Positions 47,949 through 55,993 are shown, counted from the first letter of the stretch. The stretch: 64,000 nucleotides of DNA from a virus (IMGVR_UViG_3300017432_000006:1-64000); one strand, 5' to 3'. The notes: generated from the letters alone by a model not told the origin. Made by a program: numbers and translations.

Positions 47949-48540
47949 TGTATTCCTCCGTGATGACTACTCCCGCGTCATCGATGCGTAGTTTCCATCT
48001 CTTGTTCGTGCTATCGGTGATGATGACAGAATTCACTGTCTCCCCGCGCGCGGCCTTGGTGGCGATGGTATCCTGCAAGGTCTTAAGTCCCGCTGCGTAG
48101 TCGGTGGCACTGATCATCGAAGTCATATCGCTTTTCAGTGCGTAGTTACCTACTGGTTGCTTGGTCTCAAGCACACTGGCAACGTTTTGTACTTCTGTCT
48201 TGGTGGCGAAGTTACCCTTTGGCTGCTTTGCATCAATTGCTGAGTTAAGGGAACTGACTGCTGCTGTGAGTTCTTGGGTACTGACCATGTTGGTCATATC
48301 GGTAGGCTTCAAATACGTACCCGCCGGTTGCTTCTTGCCAATCTCGGTTTGAAGATCACCAACCATACCGTTCACTTGGTCGGCTGTGGCGTAGTCACCC
48401 TTGTCCTGCTTGCTGGCGATCATACCTTTGATCTTGGCAATCTCGGACTCTAGTTGGCTGTTGTCAGGCGCGGGGGCAGTGCTGTTGTTGTTACCACCTT
48501 GACCCGGGCCACGTACGTTATCTGCTTGTCCTAACTTCAT
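47941..48540 (-). CDS. Fibre-like protein with KQPxGxYA repeats
   Basis: Five imperfect repeats (KQDKGDYA, KQPAGTYL, KQPKGNFA, KQPVGNYA, KAARGETV); C-terminal DSTNKRWKLRIDDAG. Confidence 0.65.
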   Translation of the reverse strand: MKLGQADNVRGPGQGGNNNSTAPAPDNSQLESEIAKIKGMIASKQDKGDYATADQVNGMVGDLQTEIGKKQPAGTYLKPTDMTNMVSTQELTAAVSSLNSAIDAKQPKGNFATKTEVQNVASVLETKQPVGNYALKSDMTSMISATDYAAGLKTLQDTIATKAARGETVNSVIITDSTNKRWKLRIDDAGVVITEEYNA

Positions 48541-48567
48541 AACTCAACTCCCCCAAGTTTTGTCGAT

Positions 48568-48596
48568 ATTGTACCGCGACCTTTTTCTGCATTCAA
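48568..48596 (-). promoter_or_regulatory. Leftward promoter of the structural arm
   Basis: TTGAAT-17 nt-TACAAT on the minus strand. Confidence 0.65.
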
Positions 48597-48598
48597 CT

Positions 48599-48626
48599 TT
48601 GACTTGATTGACGGGTGTGCTATAGT
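48599..48626 (+). promoter_or_regulatory. Rightward promoter 1
   Basis: TTGACT-16 nt-TATAGT with TGn extension. Confidence 0.55.
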
Positions 48627-48674
48627 TGTTATTAGTTAGGCAGTAAATCACTGCTTCGGGTTGGCAAGCCCATC

Positions 48675-48703
48675 TTGACTAGACTCTCGTGAAGTAGTAT
48701 ACT
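48675..48703 (+). promoter_or_regulatory. Rightward promoter 2
   Basis: TTGACT-17 nt-TATACT, near consensus. Confidence 0.75.
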
Positions 48704-48709
48704 TACTAC

Positions 48710-48790
48710 TATACAGATGACCCCCACCGGGTCCTATGAATGTTTCCGAGAGTCCGTTCATAGGGTTGCCCCCGGTGGGGGTTTTTTATT
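48710..48790 (+). ncRNA. Candidate ~80-nt small RNA (long hairpin ending in a U-tract)
   Basis: ACCCCCACCGGG/CCCGGTGGGGGT 12 bp plus CCTATGAA/TTCATAGG 8 bp, then TTTTTTATTT; starts just after promoter 2. Confidence 0.6.
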
Positions 48791-48793
48791 TGC

Positions 48794-49192
48794 CTGGCTG
48801 GTCCGACAAGGATTGTCTGATTCAGTTCCAGCAGACTTGTCGGTGGACGAACACCTGTATTCGCAAAGGCGCGGGGTCAGTAGTCCGGGTAACTTAAAAC
48901 CCTTGACAGCCAATGTCTCAATATATGGAATGAGACGTAAGGTAAGGCGCGGTTAAAGCCTTAGACTTCGAAGAACCAACAATAACAGCAGGGCTCAATG
49001 TTGTTGGACATAGGACGCAATCCCTTCTGAGATTTCAAATGACCCTGTTAGCATCTTAGTCACTGCTAACCACTAGACCGAAGGGTTGCATACTAAGTTC
49101 CCCCGCCCTCCCGGACCTAAAGACCCGGGTACTATGTCACTGGTAGCCGACTGTTGAGACGTGATCTTAGTTCTTCAACAGCAGGGGGGAAT
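48794..49192. ncRNA. Candidate large structured ncRNA (multi-hairpin, ORF-poor)
   Basis: At least ten stems, including nested long-range pairings (see findings). Confidence 0.45.
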
Positions 49193-49217
49193 AGAAATCT
49201 ATCTAATTGGAGTAAAC

Positions 49218-49445
49218 ATGACTAAGAAAAAACAAAAAGTATGGTGGCTCAAGGGACCAGGACAAGTAACTCTGTGCAAAGAAAGAACAACATGCTTTAG
49301 AAATAACGAAATCTTAGAGCCTGGCTCTAAGATTGGAATTCTACACAAGAAAAAGTTCTGTCTTAGTTGTTATATCAAGGTAAAAGCCATTCTTAACAGA
49401 GAAGTGAACGCGATGAAGCACCCTTATGGAAGGATGACTCAGTGA
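49218..49445 (+). CDS. Hypothetical basic protein
   Basis: MTKKKQKVWW... with GGAG RBS; C...C...KFCLSC. Confidence 0.6.
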   Translation: MTKKKQKVWWLKGPGQVTLCKERTTCFRNNEILEPGSKIGILHKKKFCLSCYIKVKAILNREVNAMKHPYGRMTQ

Positions 49446-49500
49446 CTTGCCGGGGCCGGTGGTCTGTGGTAGGGTTGGTGTCCCTACAGATGGAGACACG

Positions 49501-49686
49501 ATGGAACCTATAGAGATGTACCTTGACGAAGATATGAGTGTCGGGGTAGGAGATAAGGAATTTTTGTTCTTCGTCGCTAATAAAGAGAATGACCACTCAG
49601 GCGAAGAAATCATTGTAGAAAAGAGCCGGTGGGAAGGTCTAGGTTCCCCTAAGAAGATTAGAGTTGTTTGGGAGCCAGTATTATGA
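49501..49686 (+). CDS. Hypothetical protein
   Basis: MEPIEMYLDED... with GGAG RBS; start moved from the track value. Confidence 0.55.
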   Translation: MEPIEMYLDEDMSVGVGDKEFLFFVANKENDHSGEEIIVEKSRWEGLGSPKKIRVVWEPVL

Positions 49687-49985
49687 TGACACGTAAAGGC
49701 ATTATTATGAGGCTAGACGAAGGTCAACTAGAAAGAGACCGGCGTCGCTATGTTTTAGAGGGAGACCCCACCGACGTCTCTTTCAAAGACGATGTTCAAC
49801 TCAGTACTCTTAATTTCGAATATGATGACTGGTTGCACATGGGAAAGCCCCGTACTGTTACCGTCCATGTCTACCCCGGCGACCTTACAGATGGACGGCG
49901 GGACACCTTAGAACGTGTATATCGTGACTCTAAAGAAGACATGCTACTAGCAGCAAGAAAGTTGGAAGACAGCGATGAAGAATGA
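49683..49985 (+). CDS. Hypothetical protein
   Basis: MMTRKG...; WLHMGKPRTVTV resembles WEGLGSPKKIRV in the previous gene. Confidence 0.65.
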   Translation: MMTRKGIIMRLDEGQLERDRRRYVLEGDPTDVSFKDDVQLSTLNFEYDDWLHMGKPRTVTVHVYPGDLTDGRRDTLERVYRDSKEDMLLAARKLEDSDEE

Positions 49986-50247
49986 AATAGTCAGTGAGAT
50001 TTTGACTGATGCTTACTCCTTAACGCTCGATGAGCAGATGAAGATTTTTGAGGACTCCCAGGTAAAGCCGGGGATTGAAGAAGTACTGTCAGATGATGAC
50101 ACTGTCGATGAATCTCCCGACGCTGCAATTGTGGCTATGGGTTTTCTCAAGGCTATCTATCTCATGGAGAGGTTTTACGCTGACAGAAAGCAGTTAGTCA
50201 GTCGTATCGAAGAACTGGAACACCGAATTGAAGGTTTAGAGAAGTGA
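49975..50247 (+). CDS. Hypothetical protein (coiled-coil C-terminus)
   Basis: Overlapping operon structure. Confidence 0.65.
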   Translation: MKNEIVSEILTDAYSLTLDEQMKIFEDSQVKPGIEEVLSDDDTVDESPDAAIVAMGFLKAIYLMERFYADRKQLVSRIEELEHRIEGLEK

Positions 50248-50501
50248 ACGATCAATTACCAAATTTCACTACCCTTAAGGTAGATGATGTAAAGAAGGAC
50301 GTCAATAGTTTTGATGTTCAAGACCATCTAGATGGTATCAGGGAGTCTAATATTCTTAAAGAATACGAGGAAGTTCTTAACGACCCCGCCGGGCGGGCTG
50401 AACTATCGATTGATGAACTTACCTTGGTGTTCGGTGTCTACAAGTTGGCACTGTTGCTTGAAAGAGTAGAAAATGAGTGGGAGCCTCGAAGTAATGCCTG
50501 A
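50244..50501 (+). CDS. Hypothetical protein
   Basis: GTGA overlap with the previous stop. Confidence 0.65.
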   Translation: MNDQLPNFTTLKVDDVKKDVNSFDVQDHLDGIRESNILKEYEEVLNDPAGRAELSIDELTLVFGVYKLALLLERVENEWEPRSNA

Positions 50502-50541
50502 GGACGGGGTGGTAACTAAAAAGAAAGAAGAAGTGGTTTAG

Positions 50542-50847
50542 ATGACTCATAAGATTACCTTAACCAAGGTACAGGTCCTAGATGATCGCCGCTACTACAA
50601 GGACCCGGCCACGGGTTATCAGTTATCGGTAAAAGAGCAAGACGCTCAAAGACTAAACTTGGGAGACGAATGGTCAGTACATGCTATCTACAAGAAGTTC
50701 CTCAGTGAGCGGGTTCTAGAAGTGCCGGTTGCTGTTGCTACTCTGCCCTTTGACCCTGATGAAAAAGAACAGGCTTGGGAGACTATGCGGCTGATGAATG
50801 ATAGTCTTGATAACGCTTACGAAGATTGGTTGGCATCAGATGGCTGA
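50542..50847 (+). CDS. Hypothetical protein
   Basis: 101 aa ORF in a dense operon. Confidence 0.65.
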   Translation: MTHKITLTKVQVLDDRRYYKDPATGYQLSVKEQDAQRLNLGDEWSVHAIYKKFLSERVLEVPVAVATLPFDPDEKEQAWETMRLMNDSLDNAYEDWLASDG

Positions 50848-50992
50848 CTTAGTTAAAGGCTATATCATAGGGGTGTCCAATGAAAACATCATCATCGTTA
50901 CCCCCGACCGTCAAAGATTTTCCAAGCCGGTAGAAGAGTGGGCACAACTTGCCGCCGAACACGAAGACAGAATAAGAGGGTATATTGACTGA
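50840..50992 (+). CDS. Hypothetical protein
   Basis: MADLVKGYIIG..., overlap-coupled. Confidence 0.55.
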   Translation: MADLVKGYIIGVSNENIIIVTPDRQRFSKPVEEWAQLAAEHEDRIRGYID

Positions 50993-51224
50993 ATTAGAGC
51001 CCAGCATCATCTACACCACACCCGGCGGGGGTAGGGTGAGTTTTTCCAAGCACGGTGATCTTGCTATTCATACAGATAAGGGCTTTAAGTCTTTGCCTTT
51101 GTTGTTCTGGGAAATGGCCTACGACAGTTTCTTTCCTTCTCTAATAGAACAAATAGAACACATTAACAACCAGATCGCCAGTAACCCAGAACTATTAAAA
51201 GAATTAGGAATAAATAATGACTGA
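50985..51224 (+). CDS. Hypothetical protein
   Basis: TTG start with GAGGG RBS. Confidence 0.6.
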   Translation: MTELEPSIIYTTPGGGRVSFSKHGDLAIHTDKGFKSLPLLFWEMAYDSFFPSLIEQIEHINNQIASNPELLKELGINND

Positions 51225-51930
51225 ACTACCAGCCGGTTATATCCGGGTATTAGATGATAAGGGCTATGTAGGTCTTAAGGATCACATGGGAACAGACCTC
51301 AGCACCACCCGCGCCGCCCGGGTGAGTTACAACAAAGATTCAGAAGAGTGGAACGGCAAGGAAGAGCGTTTGCTCAACTTCCTGATTCGTGAGGGTCATA
51401 CGTCAACCCTGCGCCATGCCACGCTGTCATTTGAGGTTTACGCCCCGATGATGGTCAAGAATCAGTGGATAAAGCACGCTATTGGGTCGTCTCATCTTGA
51501 AGACGGTTTGGCTTGGAATGAGTCCAGTCGCCGGTACGTCACAGAAGAGCCGGAATTTTACGTTCCCGCCGGTACTGACTGGCGTAGCAAGCCTGCTAAC
51601 TCAAAGCAAGGCAGCGGCGGGGTTCTACTAGAAAGCATGGGCGGGGTCTTTACAGAAGACCTCCATCAGACTATTACTCTCAGTGTTAAACTTTACGAGG
51701 AAGCAATGGCTAACGGTGTGGCACCAGAGCAAGCCAGGCTTTTTCTCCCGGCCTACGCAATGTATATACGATGGATTTGGACTACCTCATTAGCGGGGGT
51801 CCTGTCTTTTCTTGAGCAGCGTCTAGCCAGTGACTCACAGTTCGAGATTCAAGAGTTTGCCAAGGCCGTAGAAATCATCACAGCAGACAAGTTCCCCAAC
51901 ACAGTAAAGGTTTGGAAGGATCATCGATGA
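51217..51930 (+). CDS. thyX: Flavin-dependent thymidylate synthase
   Basis: TRAARVSY...LIREGHTSTLRH...WNESSRRY...GVAPEQARLFLP...FLEQRLASDSQFEIQEFA. Confidence 0.93.
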   Translation: MTELPAGYIRVLDDKGYVGLKDHMGTDLSTTRAARVSYNKDSEEWNGKEERLLNFLIREGHTSTLRHATLSFEVYAPMMVKNQWIKHAIGSSHLEDGLAWNESSRRYVTEEPEFYVPAGTDWRSKPANSKQGSGGVLLESMGGVFTEDLHQTITLSVKLYEEAMANGVAPEQARLFLPAYAMYIRWIWTTSLAGVLSFLEQRLASDSQFEIQEFAKAVEIITADKFPNTVKVWKDHR

Positions 51931-52088
51931 GTTTCATGTACAAGAGTATTAAGAACCCAACTGTTTTGTTTGGAAAGAACAGCGAAGTCATTGCTGTCTT
52001 CACAAGTGAGGCCCATTTGGATGAAGCCCTAGAAGCGAACAGGCTTGCCGAAGAGATGCTTATTGCTTGGAGTAAGGGTGTGGAATGA
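51927..52088 (+). CDS. Hypothetical protein (53 aa)
   Basis: Hand translation MSFMYKSIKNPTVLFGKN...; ATGA overlaps at both ends. Confidence 0.55.
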   Translation: MSFMYKSIKNPTVLFGKNSEVIAVFTSEAHLDEALEANRLAEEMLIAWSKGVE

Positions 52089-52273
52089 ACATCGATCTTC
52101 CTGATGACTTGTTAGAACTAGTATGTCAATTCATGAACGAACCCGCCGCTTCTGATTGGTGTGTCGGTAATAATGCTTTTCTCGGTACTCGCCCGGTTGA
52201 TGCGTGGAAACTAGGATACAAAGCAGAAGTTGAAGGTGCCCTACATGGTTGGGCCGACGGGTCGTTTGCATAA
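52085..52273 (+). CDS. MbcA/ParS/Xre antitoxin C-terminal-like domain protein
   Basis: ASDWCVGNNAFLGTRPVDAWKLGYKAEVEGALHGWADGSFA matches the W...N..L.GxRP.D......V...L....G.FA pattern. Confidence 0.7.
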   Translation: MNIDLPDDLLELVCQFMNEPAASDWCVGNNAFLGTRPVDAWKLGYKAEVEGALHGWADGSFA

Positions 52274-52431
52274 TGATACTTCTCAATCCCCGCTGCCCGT
52301 CCAAGATTGACCACATTCACTGGACCTTCACTTGCCAACTAGTGCCCAACCATGGTAAGTTTCATTTCTGGAACAGTGAGGAAAGATATGTCAGATGGGA
52401 TGAGAACAGGGTGGTAGACTCAAGACTATGA
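52273..52431 (+). CDS. Hypothetical Cys/His-rich protein
   Basis: MILLNPRC...C..VPNH.K.H; TAATG overlap. Confidence 0.5.
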   Translation: MILLNPRCPSKIDHIHWTFTCQLVPNHGKFHFWNSEERYVRWDENRVVDSRL

Positions 52432-52574
52432 CGAAATTTTGTTATTGGGTGCGCCGGTTGATCTGCAATACAACCGGCCACCGCTCAATTGTGACGTTGG
52501 TGACTATCGAGAGGTCAACTGACGAGTTTATTCGCATTAAGAAGTGTCTTTTTTGCGGTAAGAGGACCAAGTGA
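52428..52574 (+). CDS. Small Zn-binding protein (C...GH...CxxCG)
   Basis: Hand translation MTKFCYWVRRLICNTTGHRS...KKCLFCGKRTK. Confidence 0.55.
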   Translation: MTKFCYWVRRLICNTTGHRSIVTLVTIERSTDEFIRIKKCLFCGKRTK

Positions 52575-52945
52575 TCACTCATACTCAGATAGATCACTTG
52601 AATAGACGTTTAAGACAGGTCTATGCAGCCGATACAGCCCAGCCTTTTGACGGAAAGTGGTCCAAGGGCAACCCCACCAAGGGGCATTGCGCGGTTGTGT
52701 CTATGATCTTGACCGATTTATTGCCTGATTCTATGATCATGACCTGTCGAGTCAAAGACGGTGACCAATCTATCAAGCACTACTACGTGGATTGGGCAGG
52801 ATTTAACATAGATTTAACTTTTGACCAGTTCTCGCCCGGCTCAGTGGTGTATAGTAGAAGACAGGCAGACCTCGGAGAGTACTATTTCACAGATACCTTC
52901 GAGAAGTACCTGCTACTGAGCGAGAGAGTTGATGAAGTAAAGTGA
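52571..52945 (+). CDS. YunG-like protein
   Basis: WSKGNPTKGHCAVVS...HYY...IDLTFDQF. Confidence 0.65.
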   Translation: MITHTQIDHLNRRLRQVYAADTAQPFDGKWSKGNPTKGHCAVVSMILTDLLPDSMIMTCRVKDGDQSIKHYYVDWAGFNIDLTFDQFSPGSVVYSRRQADLGEYYFTDTFEKYLLLSERVDEVK

Positions 52946-53133
52946 CCGAAGAGCAAGCAGAACGCATTCTTGCGGCCTTGAGCGCCAATGTCATTGCGAC
53001 ACACCGGGTTTACGACGTATTGCTTCTCCTGCTGGACGAAGAGGACCGGAAACTCATTCAGGCAGATCATGCCGAGGGCCGGTTGCTCGGACCGACTATC
53101 AGATTTGCAGGAGAAGAAGATGACAATACGTGA
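52942..53133 (+). CDS. Hypothetical protein
   Basis: GTGA overlap-coupled ORF. Confidence 0.6.
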   Translation: MTEEQAERILAALSANVIATHRVYDVLLLLLDEEDRKLIQADHAEGRLLGPTIRFAGEEDDNT

Positions 53134-53257
53134 TGACAAGCAACTAGACTGGACCAAGCAGCAAATGGTTTTCGCCAACCTGCGTGGTGATGACGAACTG
53201 TGGCAGCAATACTACGTCGCAGTTTGTGAGTACGAAGAAAGGATTATTGTTGTCTGA
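53120..53257 (+). CDS. Hypothetical protein
   Basis: MTIRDDKQLDW... with AGGAG RBS. Confidence 0.5.
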   Translation: MTIRDDKQLDWTKQQMVFANLRGDDELWQQYYVAVCEYEERIIVV

Positions 53258-53474
53258 TCTGACCGACAGACTGGACCAGATGGGTATTAACTCAGAACTG
53301 GATGAGGGCGAACTGATTTCTGACGCTATTGTCGTCATGAAGGTGATCACTGCCGAAGGCGAGCCCTATGTATTTGTGACAAGCAGCGACGGTCTTGATT
53401 GGATTACCGCGATTGGGATGATGGACGTTGCCGGTGATCAAATTGCCGGGGGTACTGAGACAACGGAGGACTAA
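53250..53474 (+). CDS. Hypothetical acidic protein
   Basis: TTG start behind GAAAGGA; VVMKV...YV...SDGLDWITAIGM pattern common in actinophages. Confidence 0.6.
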   Translation: MSDLTDRLDQMGINSELDEGELISDAIVVMKVITAEGEPYVFVTSSDGLDWITAIGMMDVAGDQIAGGTETTED

Positions 53475-53641
53475 TGATCAGCAAAGAAACTCTAGAAGAG
53501 ATTCGTAATGTCAAGTCTAAATTGGTCTACATCTCAGATGGTACCCGTGCTGGTGATAGGCTTTTGAATGTTCTAAAGAACCACGACCTTATGCTTAGGG
53601 AATTGGAAGATATTTATGACAGAACCCAAGATTTGGACTGA
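53474..53641 (+). CDS. Hypothetical protein (55 aa)
   Basis: Hand translation MISKETLEEIRNVK... with GGAGG RBS. Confidence 0.6.
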   Translation: MISKETLEEIRNVKSKLVYISDGTRAGDRLLNVLKNHDLMLRELEDIYDRTQDLD

Positions 53642-53762
53642 AACACTCAAAGCCACCCGCCGCCGGTGGTTCCTCAACAATTACGAATTCAACGACATAA
53701 CATGGGAGAAATTCAATGCTCAAGAAGATGAAGACTTTTCTGATCAGCATGGTCAACTATGA
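53616..53762 (+). CDS. Hypothetical protein (48 aa)
   Basis: Hand translation MTEPKIWTETLKATRRRWF...; ATGA overlap with the next gene. Confidence 0.45.
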   Translation: MTEPKIWTETLKATRRRWFLNNYEFNDITWEKFNAQEDEDFSDQHGQL

Positions 53763-54022
53763 GTGACACCCCAATTTACGACGAAGTTGTGGCAAAGAAG
53801 GCGGGCGATAGTTTTATTGAAGCCATGCTGGACTCTTACCTTTCTTTGAAAGGGGAGGCAGGTGTTCTTAGGCGGAGTTTGAACAAGGACCCAGTCTTGA
53901 TTCAGCAGTATCAAGTCAATGAACTTAAGTCCCGCCGCCGTTACGACTACGACTACCACCGCGATTTTAAGCGCGAGTACGGTCGCAAGGTCTACAAGTC
54001 TGTGGTAGACTGGAAGGTATGA
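53759..54022 (+). CDS. Hypothetical protein
   Basis: 87 aa, overlap-coupled. Confidence 0.6.
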   Translation: MSDTPIYDEVVAKKAGDSFIEAMLDSYLSLKGEAGVLRRSLNKDPVLIQQYQVNELKSRRRYDYDYHRDFKREYGRKVYKSVVDWKV

Positions 54023-54369
54023 GTTACAAATTCGAAGAAGGCGAGCAGGTGTTCGTCACTGTCGGTGATTACAACGGCACGCAGGGAATCGTCTGCGCCC
54101 GCGACGGTGGTTACGAGGTCCAACTTTACAACGCAGAGAACGTCAAAACCACGTTTAGCGCAGACCAACTAAAGTCAGTGTGGCCCGACACAGAGTTAGG
54201 ACAAAAGCAGCGCCAGGCGGCATTGCTGATGTACCAGTCATCGAAGATCACAGAGTCACTACCTAAGGCAGAAAATGATAAGATCAAAACAGCGGTTGCC
54301 ACCGCGAGAGACGAAGGAGTCTCCGAAGAAATCCTTCTCAAAATTGTTAAGGAAGCCTACGAGGGGTAA
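54019..54369 (+). CDS. KOW/SH3-like domain protein
   Basis: FEEGEQVFVTVGDYNGTQGIV KOW motif. Confidence 0.65.
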   Translation: MSYKFEEGEQVFVTVGDYNGTQGIVCARDGGYEVQLYNAENVKTTFSADQLKSVWPDTELGQKQRQAALLMYQSSKITESLPKAENDKIKTAVATARDEGVSEEILLKIVKEAYEG

Positions 54370-54561
54370 GACTCAAGAGTACGACAAAGACGGAAACGTC
54401 ACAGAAAGACCATCAACCCTACGCGAAGTCGTAGGGTTTACTCTTTGTACCGTACTGGACAGTGTTCCCACGGTTTACCAAGGAGATGCCGGTCTACACA
54501 TGGGCCGGGGACATTGGGGATGCCGCCACCAAATAGGCAGCAGAATAGCAGGATGGAACTA

Positions 54562-54972
54562 ATGTTAGTAGACTACGCAAAGCAGGAACTAGAACTGGCT
54601 GGGCTGTTCGACAAGGACAGCGACTACGACGGTGAACTAGGTAAGGCAGCACTAGAACTGGTGGAGAAGTTCGCTGATCAAAACCACAGTGGTTTCAGTG
54701 CAAGCATGGTGACGCAGATCGTTACCAAATTGATGCAGTACCAGCCCCTTACCCCGCTTACCGGCGAGGACGATGAGTGGATGGACGTAGACGGCCAGGG
54801 GCTTTATCATAACAAGCGTTGTTCCAGTGTCTTCAAGCAAGGTGACCGCGCTTACAACATCGATGGCCGGGTTTTCAGGGATAAGGACGGGTATACCTAT
54901 ACCAGTAAGGACAGTTGGGTAGACATTACCTTCCCCTATACTCCGACCAAGGAGATTGTAGACGTTGACTAA
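54562..54972 (+). CDS. Conserved phage hypothetical protein
   Basis: LVDYAKQELELAG...FADQNHSGFSA...PLTPLTGEDDEW...NKRCSSVFK...ITFPYTP, a widespread phage family. Confidence 0.75.
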   Translation: MLVDYAKQELELAGLFDKDSDYDGELGKAALELVEKFADQNHSGFSASMVTQIVTKLMQYQPLTPLTGEDDEWMDVDGQGLYHNKRCSSVFKQGDRAYNIDGRVFRDKDGYTYTSKDSWVDITFPYTPTKEIVDVD

Positions 54973-55513
54973 TTCATACGACTACCCGGACGTCTACAAA
55001 GACCTAGGCGTCACCATCAAAGACCTCGGTTGCGTAATGCTAGAGGTGGATAACATTGAACTACCTGATCTTGACTGGTACTACTCGGAAAACCCGGATT
55101 TTTGGTGGATCAAGGGGCCGGTCGGGTCCAAGGGCGCTCACTGCACGTTGCTCTACGGTTTGATGGAGCCTGCCTATACGTGGTCCGAGCACTGTGATAG
55201 AATGCTTGATGGATGGACCCCAGAGCCCCTAGAGATTAGGGACGTGTCCTATTTCCCCGCGCGAGGCCCGCTCGCGGGCGAGTACTACTGCCTTATTGGT
55301 AAGGTCAAGGTCACTGAGAATTTGCTAGAAGGCCACAACCGCCTTGAACTACTGCCACATATCAATACTTTCGACTACCAGCCTCACGTCACACTTGGGT
55401 ATATCAAGGCAACTGACGGAGAGCCGGGGGATTCATTGAGAAAACTCTCTCATATCGCCGGTAGAGAACTACCAGTAACCAACATCTCATACGGAGACAA
55501 GAAACTAGTATGA
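54965..55513 (+). CDS. 2H phosphoesterase (Acb1-like candidate)
   Basis: Two HxT motifs: AHCTLLYG and PHVTLGY. Confidence 0.75.
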   Translation: MTNSYDYPDVYKDLGVTIKDLGCVMLEVDNIELPDLDWYYSENPDFWWIKGPVGSKGAHCTLLYGLMEPAYTWSEHCDRMLDGWTPEPLEIRDVSYFPARGPLAGEYYCLIGKVKVTENLLEGHNRLELLPHINTFDYQPHVTLGYIKATDGEPGDSLRKLSHIAGRELPVTNISYGDKKLV

Positions 55514-55797
55514 CTGAACCATCCTTGCACAATGAAGACCCCAGCGTGGTCGAGATAGAAGATCGCTATTACCTCGTCACCACACAAGACGATTTTAACA
55601 ATGCCTTGAGAAAGGAGATTCGCCGGGCGGTAGACGAAGGTCGTCTACGTCCAGAAGACAAAGAAGATCACATCCAAATCGAATTACTGAGATTCATCGA
55701 CGCCGGGATCACACCATCAGATAAGGTGCTGGCAACGCTTGTTGATTTCAACACACTTCCTTTGGAGAAGAATGCTGCACACGACACTCAAGATTAA
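55510..55797 (+). CDS. Hypothetical protein
   Basis: ATGA overlap-coupled. Confidence 0.6.
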   Translation: MTEPSLHNEDPSVVEIEDRYYLVTTQDDFNNALRKEIRRAVDEGRLRPEDKEDHIQIELLRFIDAGITPSDKVLATLVDFNTLPLEKNAAHDTQD

Positions 55798-55993
55798 CAG
55801 TAACGCTATCGCGTCTTTTACAGCAGTTAGAATCACCAACACCCACGCTCCCGTCATCGACCCTGACGACGTGAGTACGTACAAGGTAGAGTTCTTTGAC
55901 CCGGGCGCTGGGGAAATCAAGGGAGAAGTGCAGCACCGTTACGGAGACGGTGGTTGGAAACTACTACAGAAAGCAATAGAGGAACTACTGTAA
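55772..55993 (+). CDS. Hypothetical protein
   Basis: MLHTTLKINS...VQHRYGDGGWKLLQKA pattern seen in actinophages; GGAG RBS. Confidence 0.6.
   Translation: MLHTTLKINSNAIASFTAVRITNTHAPVIDPDDVSTYKVEFFDPGAGEIKGEVQHRYGDGGWKLLQKAIEELL

Noticed and set aside
48717-48956. Plus-strand 79-aa ORF from the track
   Set aside because: No RBS; it runs through a terminator hairpin and U-tract, so the region is better explained as non-coding RNA.
51460-51545. ThyX motif reads KHAIGS...NESSRRY rather than RHRxxS
   Set aside because: To my knowledge such variants with an insertion occur among phage ThyX proteins; the other motifs are intact.
54275-54562. Plus-strand 95-aa ORF and a CCCTACG/CGTAGGG hairpin
   Set aside because: The listed start lies deep inside the previous gene and I found no convincing start in the gap. 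Left uncalled; may be a degenerate gene.
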